From: Kofleriaceae bacterium
GTDB taxonomy: Bacteria; Myxococcota_A; Polyangia; Haliangiales; Haliangiaceae
Length of the DNA: 64,000 nucleotides
Direction: 5' to 3'
Assembly: GCA_965215005.1 (NCBI GenBank)
Contig: CBDCCZ010000018.1
Location: 306,475-370,474 of the forward strand
The notes below the pieces were generated by a model that did no database searches, was not told the DNA's origin, and saw only the letters and a program-made list of their open reading frames with translations. The position numbers were made by a program, and so were the translations under genes. Below, piece by piece: positions 9,994-19,102 of this stretch (position 1 is the stretch's first letter; every line of letters starts with the position of its first letter).

Positions 9994-11684
9994 TGGCTTA
10001 CCCTCACGCGCACGAAGTCCTCGGAACGCACCACGGCATCGAGAAGCTCGCGGATTTGCCCGCGGCTGCCGACTGCTGCGCCCTCCAATGCGTCCACCAA
10101 TGCGCGGTCGTCCTCGCCTTCGAAGTAACCAAAGGCCCAGCGAAACATGCGCCGTGCCACGCATTGCATCGGCTTGGGATGCTCGGCGAGCAGCCCGGCC
10201 ATGTCGCTGGCGTTGTCGAACGCGGTGAGCTCTGCGTCGATGAGTAGCGAGCCTGCGGTGTCAAAGGCGCGCTCCTGTGAGTCGGTGGCGCGATACCGGC
10301 CGATCGGATCGAAGTTGAGAAACGCGAATCCCGGCGGTCCGATGAGCGCATGACAGCTTTGACAGGCGGCGCCCGAGGTACGGAACTCCAGGCGCTCGCG
10401 GAACGTCTCGCCTTCGATCTCCGATTCGTCGACCTCGGGGATCGTCGGAGGCGAGGTGATAACGGTGCACAGAAGGTGCTCATTGATGAACTTGCCGAGC
10501 GAGAACGGCGACGCGCCGCTCTCTTTGGTGTGTGCCGACAGCACCGTGGGATGCATCAGGATGCCGCGTCGCTGCGTCGAGTCGAGGGCACGCTCTTCGA
10601 GCTCCTCGCCCAGCTCCGAGGCCTCGACGCCGACGATCGCCGCGACCTCGCGCTCAACCACATACCTTTCGGTACCCAGCAGCGCGGCGAGCCCTGCTTC
10701 CTGCGTGAACAGCACCTCGTCCACCGTTGCCCGCAGGCTCTCTTCCGCCAACGCCGCGAGCGTGGCCGGCGTGCCTTCGAGAATCTCGGGGTCTTTGCTC
10801 GCGATGCCTCCTTGCGTGAGGCCCATCCAGTCGAAGACGAAGCCTTGCAAGCCACGCCGCGCGCGTGGATCGGCGAGCATGCGCTCGAGCTGCATGACCC
10901 GCTGCTCGGGATCGGCGAGCGCGCCGGATTCGGCCGCATCCAAGAGCATCGCATCGGGACCGGATTGCCAGATGAGAAAGCTCAGGCGCGAAGCGACCTC
11001 GGCGGGCGTCAAACGCCGGCTCGAGCCCTGCACCTGCCCTTCGCCAATCTCGCGGCGATAGAGAAACTCTGGCGATGACAGCACCGTCGAGATCAACGTC
11101 ATGAGCCTCTCGCGCGGCGTCGCACCAGCGCTGGCATCATCCAATAGCGCCAGGTACGGCGCGGCGAGCTCGGCGTCGGCGCCGCGCAGCGCGAGGCGCA
11201 AGAAGTCTGCTGCCCAATCTCTGGCGCAGCTGCCGTCTTGGGGGTCGCAAGCGAGCGTCGCGACGGCTTCGCCGGCGAGCTCGGCGCCGAGCTCATAGAA
11301 GCGCTCGACTTCGTCGTAGCCGATGGCCTGCGCCATCGCGATTTGACCGTGGCCGGCGACGATGCGCTCCTTTGGTATGCGATCGAGCGGTACGGCGACC
11401 CCGAGAAGGTCTTCGGCAAGATTCTTGTACTCGTTTTGCGTGAGTCGCCGGATTCCCGGCGAGTGGCGATAGTTGGGCAGCCCATCGGCACCGATGCCAG
11501 GCCCGTCGCTGGGATCGTCTGGGGTCGCGCCGGAGGGCTCCTCGATAGATCCGGCGCACGAGGCCAGCGCCGCAGCGACTGCAAGTCCGATGATCCGCGG
11601 CGACCGTCGCCGATGTGAGGGAAGAGAAGCAGCGCCGCTCTGCTGCCCTTCCCGCGCCTTAGAACTGCTTGGCTGATCGCGCAC
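9990..11684 (-). CDS. DUF1587/1595/1592/1588/1585 multidomain lipoprotein with CxxCH
   Basis: LASC lipobox, RRLTQNEY, LSSPEFLYR, ASRLSFLIWQSGPD, RRGILMHP, CQSCH, FDPIGRYR. Confidence 0.82.
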   Translation of the reverse strand: MRDQPSSSKAREGQQSGAASLPSHRRRSPRIIGLAVAAALASCAGSIEEPSGATPDDPSDGPGIGADGLPNYRHSPGIRRLTQNEYKNLAEDLLGVAVPLDRIPKERIVAGHGQIAMAQAIGYDEVERFYELGAELAGEAVATLACDPQDGSCARDWAADFLRLALRGADAELAAPYLALLDDASAGATPRERLMTLISTVLSSPEFLYRREIGEGQVQGSSRRLTPAEVASRLSFLIWQSGPDAMLLDAAESGALADPEQRVMQLERMLADPRARRGLQGFVFDWMGLTQGGIASKDPEILEGTPATLAALAEESLRATVDEVLFTQEAGLAALLGTERYVVEREVAAIVGVEASELGEELEERALDSTQRRGILMHPTVLSAHTKESGASPFSLGKFINEHLLCTVITSPPTIPEVDESEIEGETFRERLEFRTSGAACQSCHALIGPPGFAFLNFDPIGRYRATDSQERAFDTAGSLLIDAELTAFDNASDMAGLLAEHPKPMQCVARRMFRWAFGYFEGEDDRALVDALEGAAVGSRGQIRELLDAVVRSEDFVRVRVSQ

Positions 11685-11864
11685 CGCCCGAGCCGTTGCA
11701 CCGCGTGGACCAAGCTCCTGGCGTGCCTACAACGGGCAGAAGAACGGCGATGTAGGCGCAGAAGGAAGGACGTAAAATCTCGAAATCTTTAGCGATTCAT
11801 TCACGCCCTGCCGCCGCTGCGAGCCTCTCGCCGCGACCACGCGCATGCGGCTTCGTAGCGTTGG

Positions 11865-11897
11865 GGTCTCCTCTCCCCCCTACGGGGGAGAGAGACC
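11865..11897. terminator. GC-rich hairpin downstream of threonine dehydratase
   Basis: GGTCTCCTCTCCCCCC-TACG-GGGGAGAGAGACC inverted repeat about 25 bp past the stop. Confidence 0.55.
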
Positions 11898-11921
11898 ATG
11901 GCGAGAGCGGCCGAGCTGCGG

Positions 11922-13136
11922 TCAACCCAGACAGCGACGATGCTGATAGCCATGCTTGCGAAGCGCGGTGAGGAGCTCGGCGACATGCGCGGTGCCCCGG
12001 GTTTCCAGCGTAGCCGTCGCCACGGTCTCGCTGAGCTCGACGCCGGCGAACGCGCGAGCGTGGGCAATATCGAGCACGTTGGCGCCGAGGTTGGCGAACA
12101 CGCCGATGAGCTCGTGCAACGCGCCGGGGCTGTCGCTGAGGCGAACCTCTAGCTTGACCAAGCGGCCGTCTTTGGCCAAGCCGCGATCGATGATGCGCGA
12201 GAGCAGATTGACGTCGATGTTGCCGCCGCACACCAAAAGCGCAACGCGCTTGCCGAGCGCGATGCCGGCCTTTTGATTGATCGCGGCCGCCAACGGCACT
12301 GCGCCCGCGCCTTCGGCAACAGTTTTCTCGCGCTCTAGCAACAGCAAGATCGCATTGGCGATCTCTTCTTCGCTCACGCAGGCAATGTCGTCAACGTACC
12401 GTTCGATCATCGGCAGCGTGCGCTCGCCGATGCGACGGACCGCGATGCCGTCGGCGAGAGTGGCTGCCGCTGGCACCGTTACGGGCGCGCCGTTCTCGAG
12501 CGCTCGCCGCGCCGACTGGACCCGCTCCGTCTGCACTCCGATGATGCGCACCGACGGCTTGCTCTCCTTAAGCGCGCAGGCGATTCCGCTGATGAGACCG
12601 CCGCCGCCGATCGGCGCGATGACCGCCTCGAGATCCGGCTGCTGCTCGAGTAGCTCGAGACCGATGGTCCCCTGCCCTGCGATCACCAGATCATCGTCGA
12701 ACGCGTGCACGAAGACGTGATTGCGTTCTTCGGCGAGCCGCGTCGCTTCGGCGCAGGCATCGTCATAACCCGCGCCGTGGAGGATCACCTGGGCGCCGAA
12801 CTCGCGGGTGGCGACCACTTTGATGAGTGGCGTGCGCTCGGGCATGACGATGGTCGCGGCGATACCCAATCGACTCGCGTGATAGGCAACGCCCTGGGCG
12901 TGGTTCCCGGCGGATGCGGCGATGACGCCACGCTGCCGCTCGTCCTCGGGCATTAGTAGCAAGCGGTTGAGCGCGCCGCGTTCTTTGAACGAACCGGTCA
13001 TCTGCAGGTTTTCGAGCTTGAAGTAGACCTGCATGCCGGTGAGCTTGGAAAACGTCTCCGAGAACGCGCACGGCGACAAGAACACCGAGTCGCCGAGCCT
13101 CTCGCGCGCGTCTTTGATATCGCGATAGCCAATCAT
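11922..13136 (-). CDS. ilvA: Threonine ammonia-lyase with single C-terminal ACT domain
   Basis: KLENLQMTGSFKERG, SAGNHAQG, GGGGLISG, CGGNID, DSPGAL. Start re-called at ATG 13136. Confidence 0.92.
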   Translation of the reverse strand: MIGYRDIKDARERLGDSVFLSPCAFSETFSKLTGMQVYFKLENLQMTGSFKERGALNRLLLMPEDERQRGVIAASAGNHAQGVAYHASRLGIAATIVMPERTPLIKVVATREFGAQVILHGAGYDDACAEATRLAEERNHVFVHAFDDDLVIAGQGTIGLELLEQQPDLEAVIAPIGGGGLISGIACALKESKPSVRIIGVQTERVQSARRALENGAPVTVPAAATLADGIAVRRIGERTLPMIERYVDDIACVSEEEIANAILLLLEREKTVAEGAGAVPLAAAINQKAGIALGKRVALLVCGGNIDVNLLSRIIDRGLAKDGRLVKLEVRLSDSPGALHELIGVFANLGANVLDIAHARAFAGVELSETVATATLETRGTAHVAELLTALRKHGYQHRRCLG

Positions 13137-14485
13137 GGCTCGTCTCCCTGCTCCGGGTCTGCGGGTGCCTCGGTGCTCTGAGGTGTTGGGCGCCCCGCCG
13201 GGGACGATCCGCTGGCGCCGCGTCCGGGGACGCGAGATTTCGCCGGCAGGCTCGGCGCCGGCGCCGCTTCGGTATCGGGCAGGAGCGGTGGCGCGGTTTG
13301 CGCATCCCGCTCGACCGCGGGCGGCGGAGCGGGTCGCACCTCCGTCGCTCGCGGCTTGCGGCGTACGCTCATCTCGGTGGGCACGAGCGGCACGACGACC
13401 GGTGGCTTTCCGGCCGCCCGATGCCTCCACAGGCCACCCACTTGCAGATCGCCGTCGCGAGACTCGAGCTCGATGAGAAAGTCGATGCCGTCGAGCTTGG
13501 CGCCGCTCCAAGCGGCATTGGCTGCGGAAACCCGATAGGCGTCCGCGCTTGCAAGCGACATGGCGCGGCCGGCGTCGATGCGAAATACGGCAACGCGGAC
13601 GATACGCTCGTCGCGCTGGGTCACGGCGCTCACCACCGCCAGCTCATCGCGGTTGTCGCCGTCGACATCGATGGCCGCGGCATAGGCGACGTCGCTTACG
13701 GCCACCGCGGCGACCTCGCGCAACCGACCCGGCGCTTCGCCACCGACGATCGCGATGCGATCACCGCTCCATACTGCCGCCTCGGGGCCTAGCCCGGTGA
13801 AGCAGCCAAACGCGAGCTGCGCATCTTGCGCGGCAAGCTCGGCGCTCGCGCGAATCGGCCCAGCCCATGCGCCGAGAGCCTCGCTGGCGCCACACTCGGC
13901 CTCGCCTGGCGTGGCCTCTTCGTCGACCTCACGAAGCACAACCGCGCTCACGTGGTCGTCTTGAACCACGAAGCGAGCATTGGGCAGCCTCGCAAAACGC
14001 CATAGCCGCGGGTCGGCCGCGCGCCCTCGCGTGCGCAGCCGCGGCCCCATCTCCGCCGCCAACGTGGTGACGTCGGTGCCAACGCCGACGCCGCTCTCGG
14101 TCTTGGCCGTGGCCTCGTCGAGCACGGAGAGAAACGACACCCCCGCAGGCCGCTCCACACCGATGATGAGCGCGTCTTGCTCGGCCATGACCAAGCTGTA
14201 GTCGGCGATGCCTGCGAGCTCCATCAAGATGACTCGCGGACCGTGAGGCAGAAGACCGAGGGTTTCCTTGAGGCTTGCACCGAGCTGATAAGGGCCAATG
14301 CCTCTGGCTTCGATGGCATGGGGCGCGACCGGCCGCAGCTCCCCGGGCGGCGGGTCGATGACGCGTCGCTGACGGCCGCCATCATACTGCGAGACCTTTG
14401 GCGCGGGACGAGGCTCGCGGGCTTTGCAACCGACACCGAGCGCGGCGAGCATCAACACGGTCAGCGGTAAGTGCCGAGACAACAT
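13133..14485 (-). CDS. Hypothetical lipoprotein with DxDGD Ca-binding-like motif and Pro-rich tail
   Basis: LAALGVGC lipobox; IDVDGDNRDEL. TGATG overlap with the kinase stop, ATGA overlap with ilvA. Confidence 0.65.
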   Translation of the reverse strand: MLSRHLPLTVLMLAALGVGCKAREPRPAPKVSQYDGGRQRRVIDPPPGELRPVAPHAIEARGIGPYQLGASLKETLGLLPHGPRVILMELAGIADYSLVMAEQDALIIGVERPAGVSFLSVLDEATAKTESGVGVGTDVTTLAAEMGPRLRTRGRAADPRLWRFARLPNARFVVQDDHVSAVVLREVDEEATPGEAECGASEALGAWAGPIRASAELAAQDAQLAFGCFTGLGPEAAVWSGDRIAIVGGEAPGRLREVAAVAVSDVAYAAAIDVDGDNRDELAVVSAVTQRDERIVRVAVFRIDAGRAMSLASADAYRVSAANAAWSGAKLDGIDFLIELESRDGDLQVGGLWRHRAAGKPPVVVPLVPTEMSVRRKPRATEVRPAPPPAVERDAQTAPPLLPDTEAAPAPSLPAKSRVPGRGASGSSPAGRPTPQSTEAPADPEQGDEP

Positions 14486-15903
14486 CAACTCAACAAAAGG
14501 TACAACACGGTGCCTAAGGTAGCGATTCCCAGGCCGCTGCCGACGAGCATCCATGGGGCAACGCTCACGGAAGACGCCGCTGGGCGCTGCGCCGGCGACT
14601 CGGCAGCGCGATTGGGCGACTCGGCAATGCGGTCCGGCGACTCAGCGGTGCGGTCCGGCGCCTCGGCAGACGAGCTGACCGTCGGCTCTTTGGGCGGCTC
14701 GTCGCTGTCTGAAGGCGGGCTGCCGGTCTCTTCGAGCGGCACCGGCGTACGCAGATGCTGGAGCTCCTCGAGCTCGAGACCGAGCGCCGCAGCGACCTCC
14801 TCGGCGTCTTCCTCGTCATCGTCCCACTCGCCCACACGCACCGCTCCGCCACCAGATTGCGCCGACCGATAGCCATCGAACATGCCGCGCTCGAAATCCA
14901 GCTCTTCGTCAGCCGGCACTCGCTCCGCCTCGGCGATCAGCTCGGGCCGCCGAGCCCCGCCCGCGGCCTGCGCAAGCTCGTCGAGATACCGAGCGATGCG
15001 CACCTCACCCGAGCGCAGCCCGGCGTCGCGGAGGAACGCTGCCAGCTCATCTGCCAAATCATACGCAGACTGATAGCGGTCCGCCGGATGGCGCTCGAGA
15101 CAGCGCATTACCACCGTTTCGAGCCCCCCGGGAAAGCGCCGGCGCACGAAGGTGGGCGGCGCGATCTCACCCTCTGTGAGGCGACGTACGACCTCTTGCG
15201 GAGTACCTTTGAATAGGCGCTTACCAACCGTGATCTCGTAGAGGACGATGCCGAGGGCGTAGATATCAGTGCGGTGGTCGACCTCGTGCCGCAGCGCTTG
15301 CTCGGGCGCCATGTAGCTGAGCTTACCGGGCAAGGTGCCCTCATCGCGCCGCTGAGTTTTGGACCTGGCAATGCCAAAGTCGATGACCTTCATGAAGCCG
15401 TCTTCGGTGACCAAGAGGTTGGTCGGGGAGACGTCACAATGAACGATGTCGTACCGGCTGCTGTCGTCGCCGCGCTTGGCGTGAAAGTAGCCCATGCCGC
15501 TGGCCGCTTGCCGGATCAACTCGACGGCGTGCTCGAGCGGTAAGAAGTTGCCCAGCGATAGCCCACGACGGCACAGCGTGTTGAGCTGCTCGCCAACGAT
15601 GTATTCCATCGCGATGTAGGGGATGCCGGCCTGCTCGTCGACGTCATAGACGTGCACGATGTTGGGGTGGTTTAGCAGCGCCCCGATGCGCGCCTCATCG
15701 AGGAACATCTCCACGAGCCGCGGATTGGCCGCCAGCTCCGGCTTGAGCCGCTTGATCACCACTTCCTTCTCAAAGCCGGCCATCGCGTTTTGCCGCGCCA
15801 GATAGATCTCGGCCATTCCGCCGACGGCGAGGAGGCGGGTAAGCCAATAGCGCTCGCCAAACCGAGCGGGTTCCGTGAGCGGCCGCGACCGGGCCATGTT
15901 CAT
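14485..15903 (-). CDS. Hanks-type Ser/Thr protein kinase, C-terminal membrane anchor
   Basis: LAVGGMAEIY, VIKRL, HCDVSPTN, DFG, YMAPEQ, TDIYALG; hydrophobic C-terminus. Confidence 0.93.
   Translation of the reverse strand: MNMARSRPLTEPARFGERYWLTRLLAVGGMAEIYLARQNAMAGFEKEVVIKRLKPELAANPRLVEMFLDEARIGALLNHPNIVHVYDVDEQAGIPYIAMEYIVGEQLNTLCRRGLSLGNFLPLEHAVELIRQAASGMGYFHAKRGDDSSRYDIVHCDVSPTNLLVTEDGFMKVIDFGIARSKTQRRDEGTLPGKLSYMAPEQALRHEVDHRTDIYALGIVLYEITVGKRLFKGTPQEVVRRLTEGEIAPPTFVRRRFPGGLETVVMRCLERHPADRYQSAYDLADELAAFLRDAGLRSGEVRIARYLDELAQAAGGARRPELIAEAERVPADEELDFERGMFDGYRSAQSGGGAVRVGEWDDDEEDAEEVAAALGLELEELQHLRTPVPLEETGSPPSDSDEPPKEPTVSSSAEAPDRTAESPDRIAESPNRAAESPAQRPAASSVSVAPWMLVGSGLGIATLGTVLYLLLS
14594..14667 (-). 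repeat. 21-bp in-frame tandem repeat (AESPDRx, ~3.5 copies) in kinase linker
   Basis: GGCGACTCrGC units at 14594, 14615, 14636 plus a variant (GGCGCCTCGGC) at 14657; protein reads AEAPDRT-AESPDRI-AESPNRA-AESP. Confidence 0.85.
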
Positions 15904-16943
15904 GAGCAAGGCTCCTCGAGGTGCGGTGCGAGCGCCTTCAGCGTCGCGGAGATCGCCTGCTCAGCCATCCCGCTCACAGCGCCGCTCGCCGGTGCGATGG
16001 CAGCGGGTGCCGAAGGAATGAGCGCTTCGAGCACCGCGACCGCCCCGCCGGCCAATCCGTGGAGATCATAGCCACCCTCGAGCGCGAACACGATGCGGCC
16101 CTCGGCCACGCGATCGGCGACTGCAACCAGCCGCCGCGCCATCGCCAGATAGCCAGCATGGCTCACCTTCATCTGCGCCAGCGGATCGCCATCGAACGCA
16201 TCGAATCCCGCCGACACCAACACGAGGTCGGGCGCAAACCGCTCGAGGGCGGGCACGAAAACGCGATCGAGCGCGGCCATATATTCGGCATCGCCTGAGC
16301 CCGCCGGCAGTGGAACATTGATGGTGGTGCCGCGGCCGGCGCCGGTTCCGATCTCTTCCGAGCTGCCGGTGCCGGGATAGAAGGGCCACTGGTGCGCCGA
16401 CAAAAACAGCACCGACGGATCGGCTTCAAAGATGTGCTGAGTGCCATTGCCGTGGTGAACGTCCCAGTCGAGCACTGCGACGCGCGCCGCACCAGCTTGC
16501 CGCGCGGCGGCGGCAGCGATGGCGACGTTGTTGAAGAGGCAAAAGCCCATCGCGCGGTCGGCTTCGGCGTGATGCCCCGGTGGACGCGCCATCACCAGTC
16601 CACGCTGGTGCTGACCATCGAGCACCGCGCGGGTTACATCCACGGCAGCGCCAGCAGCTGACAGCGCCGCCGTCCAGGTGCCCGGCGAGAAGAACGTATC
16701 CTCATCGAGCCAGCCACTGTTTCCTGGCACCGCGCGAGCCAGTGCATCGAAGTAGGCGGCGGTGTGAACCAGACCGATTTCGGTATCGGCCGCCTGCCGC
16801 ACCTCGAGAGCCGTGCCGCGTTGCGCTAGGTTGGCGTTCATGAGCGCATCCCGCACCGCGAGCAGGCGCTCGGGCCGCTCCGGATGAGCTCGCGGCGCCC
16901 GGTGCTCGGCGAAGATGTCATCTAGTACATAGGCGAGCGACAT
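15900..16943 (-). CDS. Histone deacetylase family (Zn-dependent acyl-lysine/acetylpolyamine deacylase)
   Basis: HPERPERL, RPPGHHA, GFCLFNN, DWDVHHGNGTQ, SAGFD, LEGGY. Confidence 0.94.
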   Translation of the reverse strand: MSLAYVLDDIFAEHRAPRAHPERPERLLAVRDALMNANLAQRGTALEVRQAADTEIGLVHTAAYFDALARAVPGNSGWLDEDTFFSPGTWTAALSAAGAAVDVTRAVLDGQHQRGLVMARPPGHHAEADRAMGFCLFNNVAIAAAAARQAGAARVAVLDWDVHHGNGTQHIFEADPSVLFLSAHQWPFYPGTGSSEEIGTGAGRGTTINVPLPAGSGDAEYMAALDRVFVPALERFAPDLVLVSAGFDAFDGDPLAQMKVSHAGYLAMARRLVAVADRVAEGRIVFALEGGYDLHGLAGGAVAVLEALIPSAPAAIAPASGAVSGMAEQAISATLKALAPHLEEPCS

Positions 16944-17028
16944 TCGGCTGCCGAACTGTACCGCACTTTTGCCTTGACCAGTCCGCGCGGCTTGGCGCCG
17001 AGCCGCGTTCAGGGAACCCGCGTTGCGG

Positions 17029-18033
17029 TCACGCGCGCTCGTCCTTGAGGGGCCGTCGCATCAGCCGAGCGATGCCTTCGCGCGCTTCTCGACCTTCATA
17101 CAACACCGCGTGCATGAAGCTGGTGAGCGGCGCCGGCACGCCTTGCGCCCGCGCCAACGCGTGCGCAACTTTGGTGGTCTTTACGCCTTCGGCGACCATG
17201 CGCATCTCCGATACGATTTCGTCGAGCCGCTTGCCCTGGCCCAACGCCAGGCCGACCCGGCGATTGCGCGATAGATCGCCAGAACACGTAAGCACCAGAT
17301 CTCCCATGCCTGAAAGCCCGGCAAAGGTAAGCGGATTGGCCCCCATCGCCGCACCAATGCGAGTGATCTCGGCGAGCCCACGCGTGATGAGCGCGGCCCG
17401 CGCGTTGAGCCCAAAGCCGAGGCCATCCGAGAGTCCCGCGGCGATCGCGACGACGTTCTTGAGCGCGCCGCCGATCAAGACGCCGGTGACATCGTCGGAC
17501 GTATAGACGCGCAGCCAATCACACGATAGCTCCTCTTGAACGCGCCGCACCGCGTCGAGCTCGCGTCCCGCAAGAACGATAGCCGCCGGCAGCCCCGCGG
17601 CAATCTCCTTGGCGAAGGTGGGCCCAGAGAGATACTGGGCGCGTGCCGCGATCGCCGGGGGAAAGATGTCGGCATAAATGCGGTCAATGGTGTCTAACGT
17701 GCCTTCTTCGAGCCCTTTGGAGGCATTGACAACGACCACGTCTGGATCGAGATGCGCGGCCACTGCGCCGAGGACCTGGCGAATCGCATGCGAGGGAGTT
17801 ACGCCGAGCACGAGCTGCTTGTGCGCCACCGCCGCGGTCAAATCCGTGGTCACCTCAATTGCCGCGGGAAGCGCGTAGCCGGGCAGATAGACGGCGTTTT
17901 CTCCACTGCCGCGCATCTGCTCGGCGAGCTCCTCGCCGCGACACCAAAGCGTGACCTCGTGACCGCTGGAGGCGAGCAGAATCGCCAAACAGGTCCCGTA
18001 GCTGCCCGCCCCCACCACTGCAACGCGCATCAT
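17029..18033 (-). CDS. gpsA: NAD(P)H-dependent glycerol-3-phosphate dehydrogenase
   Basis: VVGAGSYGT, SKGLE, LSGPTFA, GGALKNV, GDLVLTC, SRNRRVG, AEGV. Confidence 0.95.
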   Translation of the reverse strand: MMRVAVVGAGSYGTCLAILLASSGHEVTLWCRGEELAEQMRGSGENAVYLPGYALPAAIEVTTDLTAAVAHKQLVLGVTPSHAIRQVLGAVAAHLDPDVVVVNASKGLEEGTLDTIDRIYADIFPPAIAARAQYLSGPTFAKEIAAGLPAAIVLAGRELDAVRRVQEELSCDWLRVYTSDDVTGVLIGGALKNVVAIAAGLSDGLGFGLNARAALITRGLAEITRIGAAMGANPLTFAGLSGMGDLVLTCSGDLSRNRRVGLALGQGKRLDEIVSEMRMVAEGVKTTKVAHALARAQGVPAPLTSFMHAVLYEGREAREGIARLMRRPLKDERA

Positions 18034-18040
18034 GGTGTCT

Positions 18041-19102
18041 CTATCGCCCGTCGTCGGGGCATTCTGCAAGCACCACGCAGTTGCGGCCCCCGCGTTTGGC
18101 CCGATATAGCGCCCGATCCGCGGCTCGGACCAGACCTTCGGCGTCGCTGGTGTCATCGGGATAAGTGGCCACCCCGATCGAGACTGAGACGCCGCCGCTC
18201 GGCTGCGCTGCGCTGTGGGGGAACGAATGCCGGTGAACTCGCTCGCGCAGCCGCTCGCCGAGCTTAGCGGCAATGAGCTTTGGCGTGTCGATGAGCACCA
18301 CGCAAAACTCCTCGCCGCCGTAGCGCGCGCAAAAGTCATTGGCCCGGCGACCGTCGCCGAGCAGGCGCGCCACCTGGCGCAGCACCTCATCGCCCGCCGG
18401 GTGACCATGATGGTCGTTGTAGTGTTTGAAGTTGTCGACGTCGATCATCAACAGCGATAACGGCAACCCGCTCCGCTGCGATCGCTCGACCTCGAGCGCG
18501 AGGCGCTCATGAAAGTGGCGATGGTTGTACAGCCCCGTGAGGCCATCGGTGACCGCCAGCTGCGCTAATCTAGAGTTGGCCTCGGCGAGCTCGTGGGTGC
18601 GCTCGCTCACCTTGCTCTCGAGCTCGCGATTCATCTCGAGCAACGCTTGATTCTTGGCCGATAGGTCATCGACGAGCTGCTTGTTCTCCTCGAGTAACCG
18701 GTACTGACGGAGCAGGTTCTCGACCGCCAGATGCAGCGACGCTTCATCCCATGGTTTAGCGATGTAGTGGTTGAGCGCGGCGCGATTGATGGCAGCAACC
18801 ACCGCATCGAGACCCGCCTGGCCGGTGAGCAGAATCTTGGTAGTGAGCGGCGAGCGCTGGTGCACCTGCTCGAGGAGCTCCACGCCCTTCATTCCCGGCA
18901 TGATCTGATCGGCGATGACCACCGCCACCTGTTCGCCGTCGCGCTCGAGCTCTTCCAGCAGCTCGAGTGCATCGCCGGCCGAGGTCGCGGTAGCGATGTC
19001 GCACTCGTGGCCAAAGCGGGCGTCGAGCTGTTGCCGCAGCGCCATCAAGACGCCTTCTTCATCGTCGACGCAGAGGATGGTTTGGCGGTCCGTCATCATC
19101 AT
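18041..19102 (-). CDS. Response regulator diguanylate cyclase (REC-coiled coil-GGDEF)
   Basis: CVDDE, ADQIMPGM (phospho-Asp), AKPW; TDGLTGLYN, RAND I-site, ARYGGEEF. Confidence 0.93.
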   Translation of the reverse strand: MMMTDRQTILCVDDEEGVLMALRQQLDARFGHECDIATATSAGDALELLEELERDGEQVAVVIADQIMPGMKGVELLEQVHQRSPLTTKILLTGQAGLDAVVAAINRAALNHYIAKPWDEASLHLAVENLLRQYRLLEENKQLVDDLSAKNQALLEMNRELESKVSERTHELAEANSRLAQLAVTDGLTGLYNHRHFHERLALEVERSQRSGLPLSLLMIDVDNFKHYNDHHGHPAGDEVLRQVARLLGDGRRANDFCARYGGEEFCVVLIDTPKLIAAKLGERLRERVHRHSFPHSAAQPSGGVSVSIGVATYPDDTSDAEGLVRAADRALYRAKRGGRNCVVLAECPDDGR

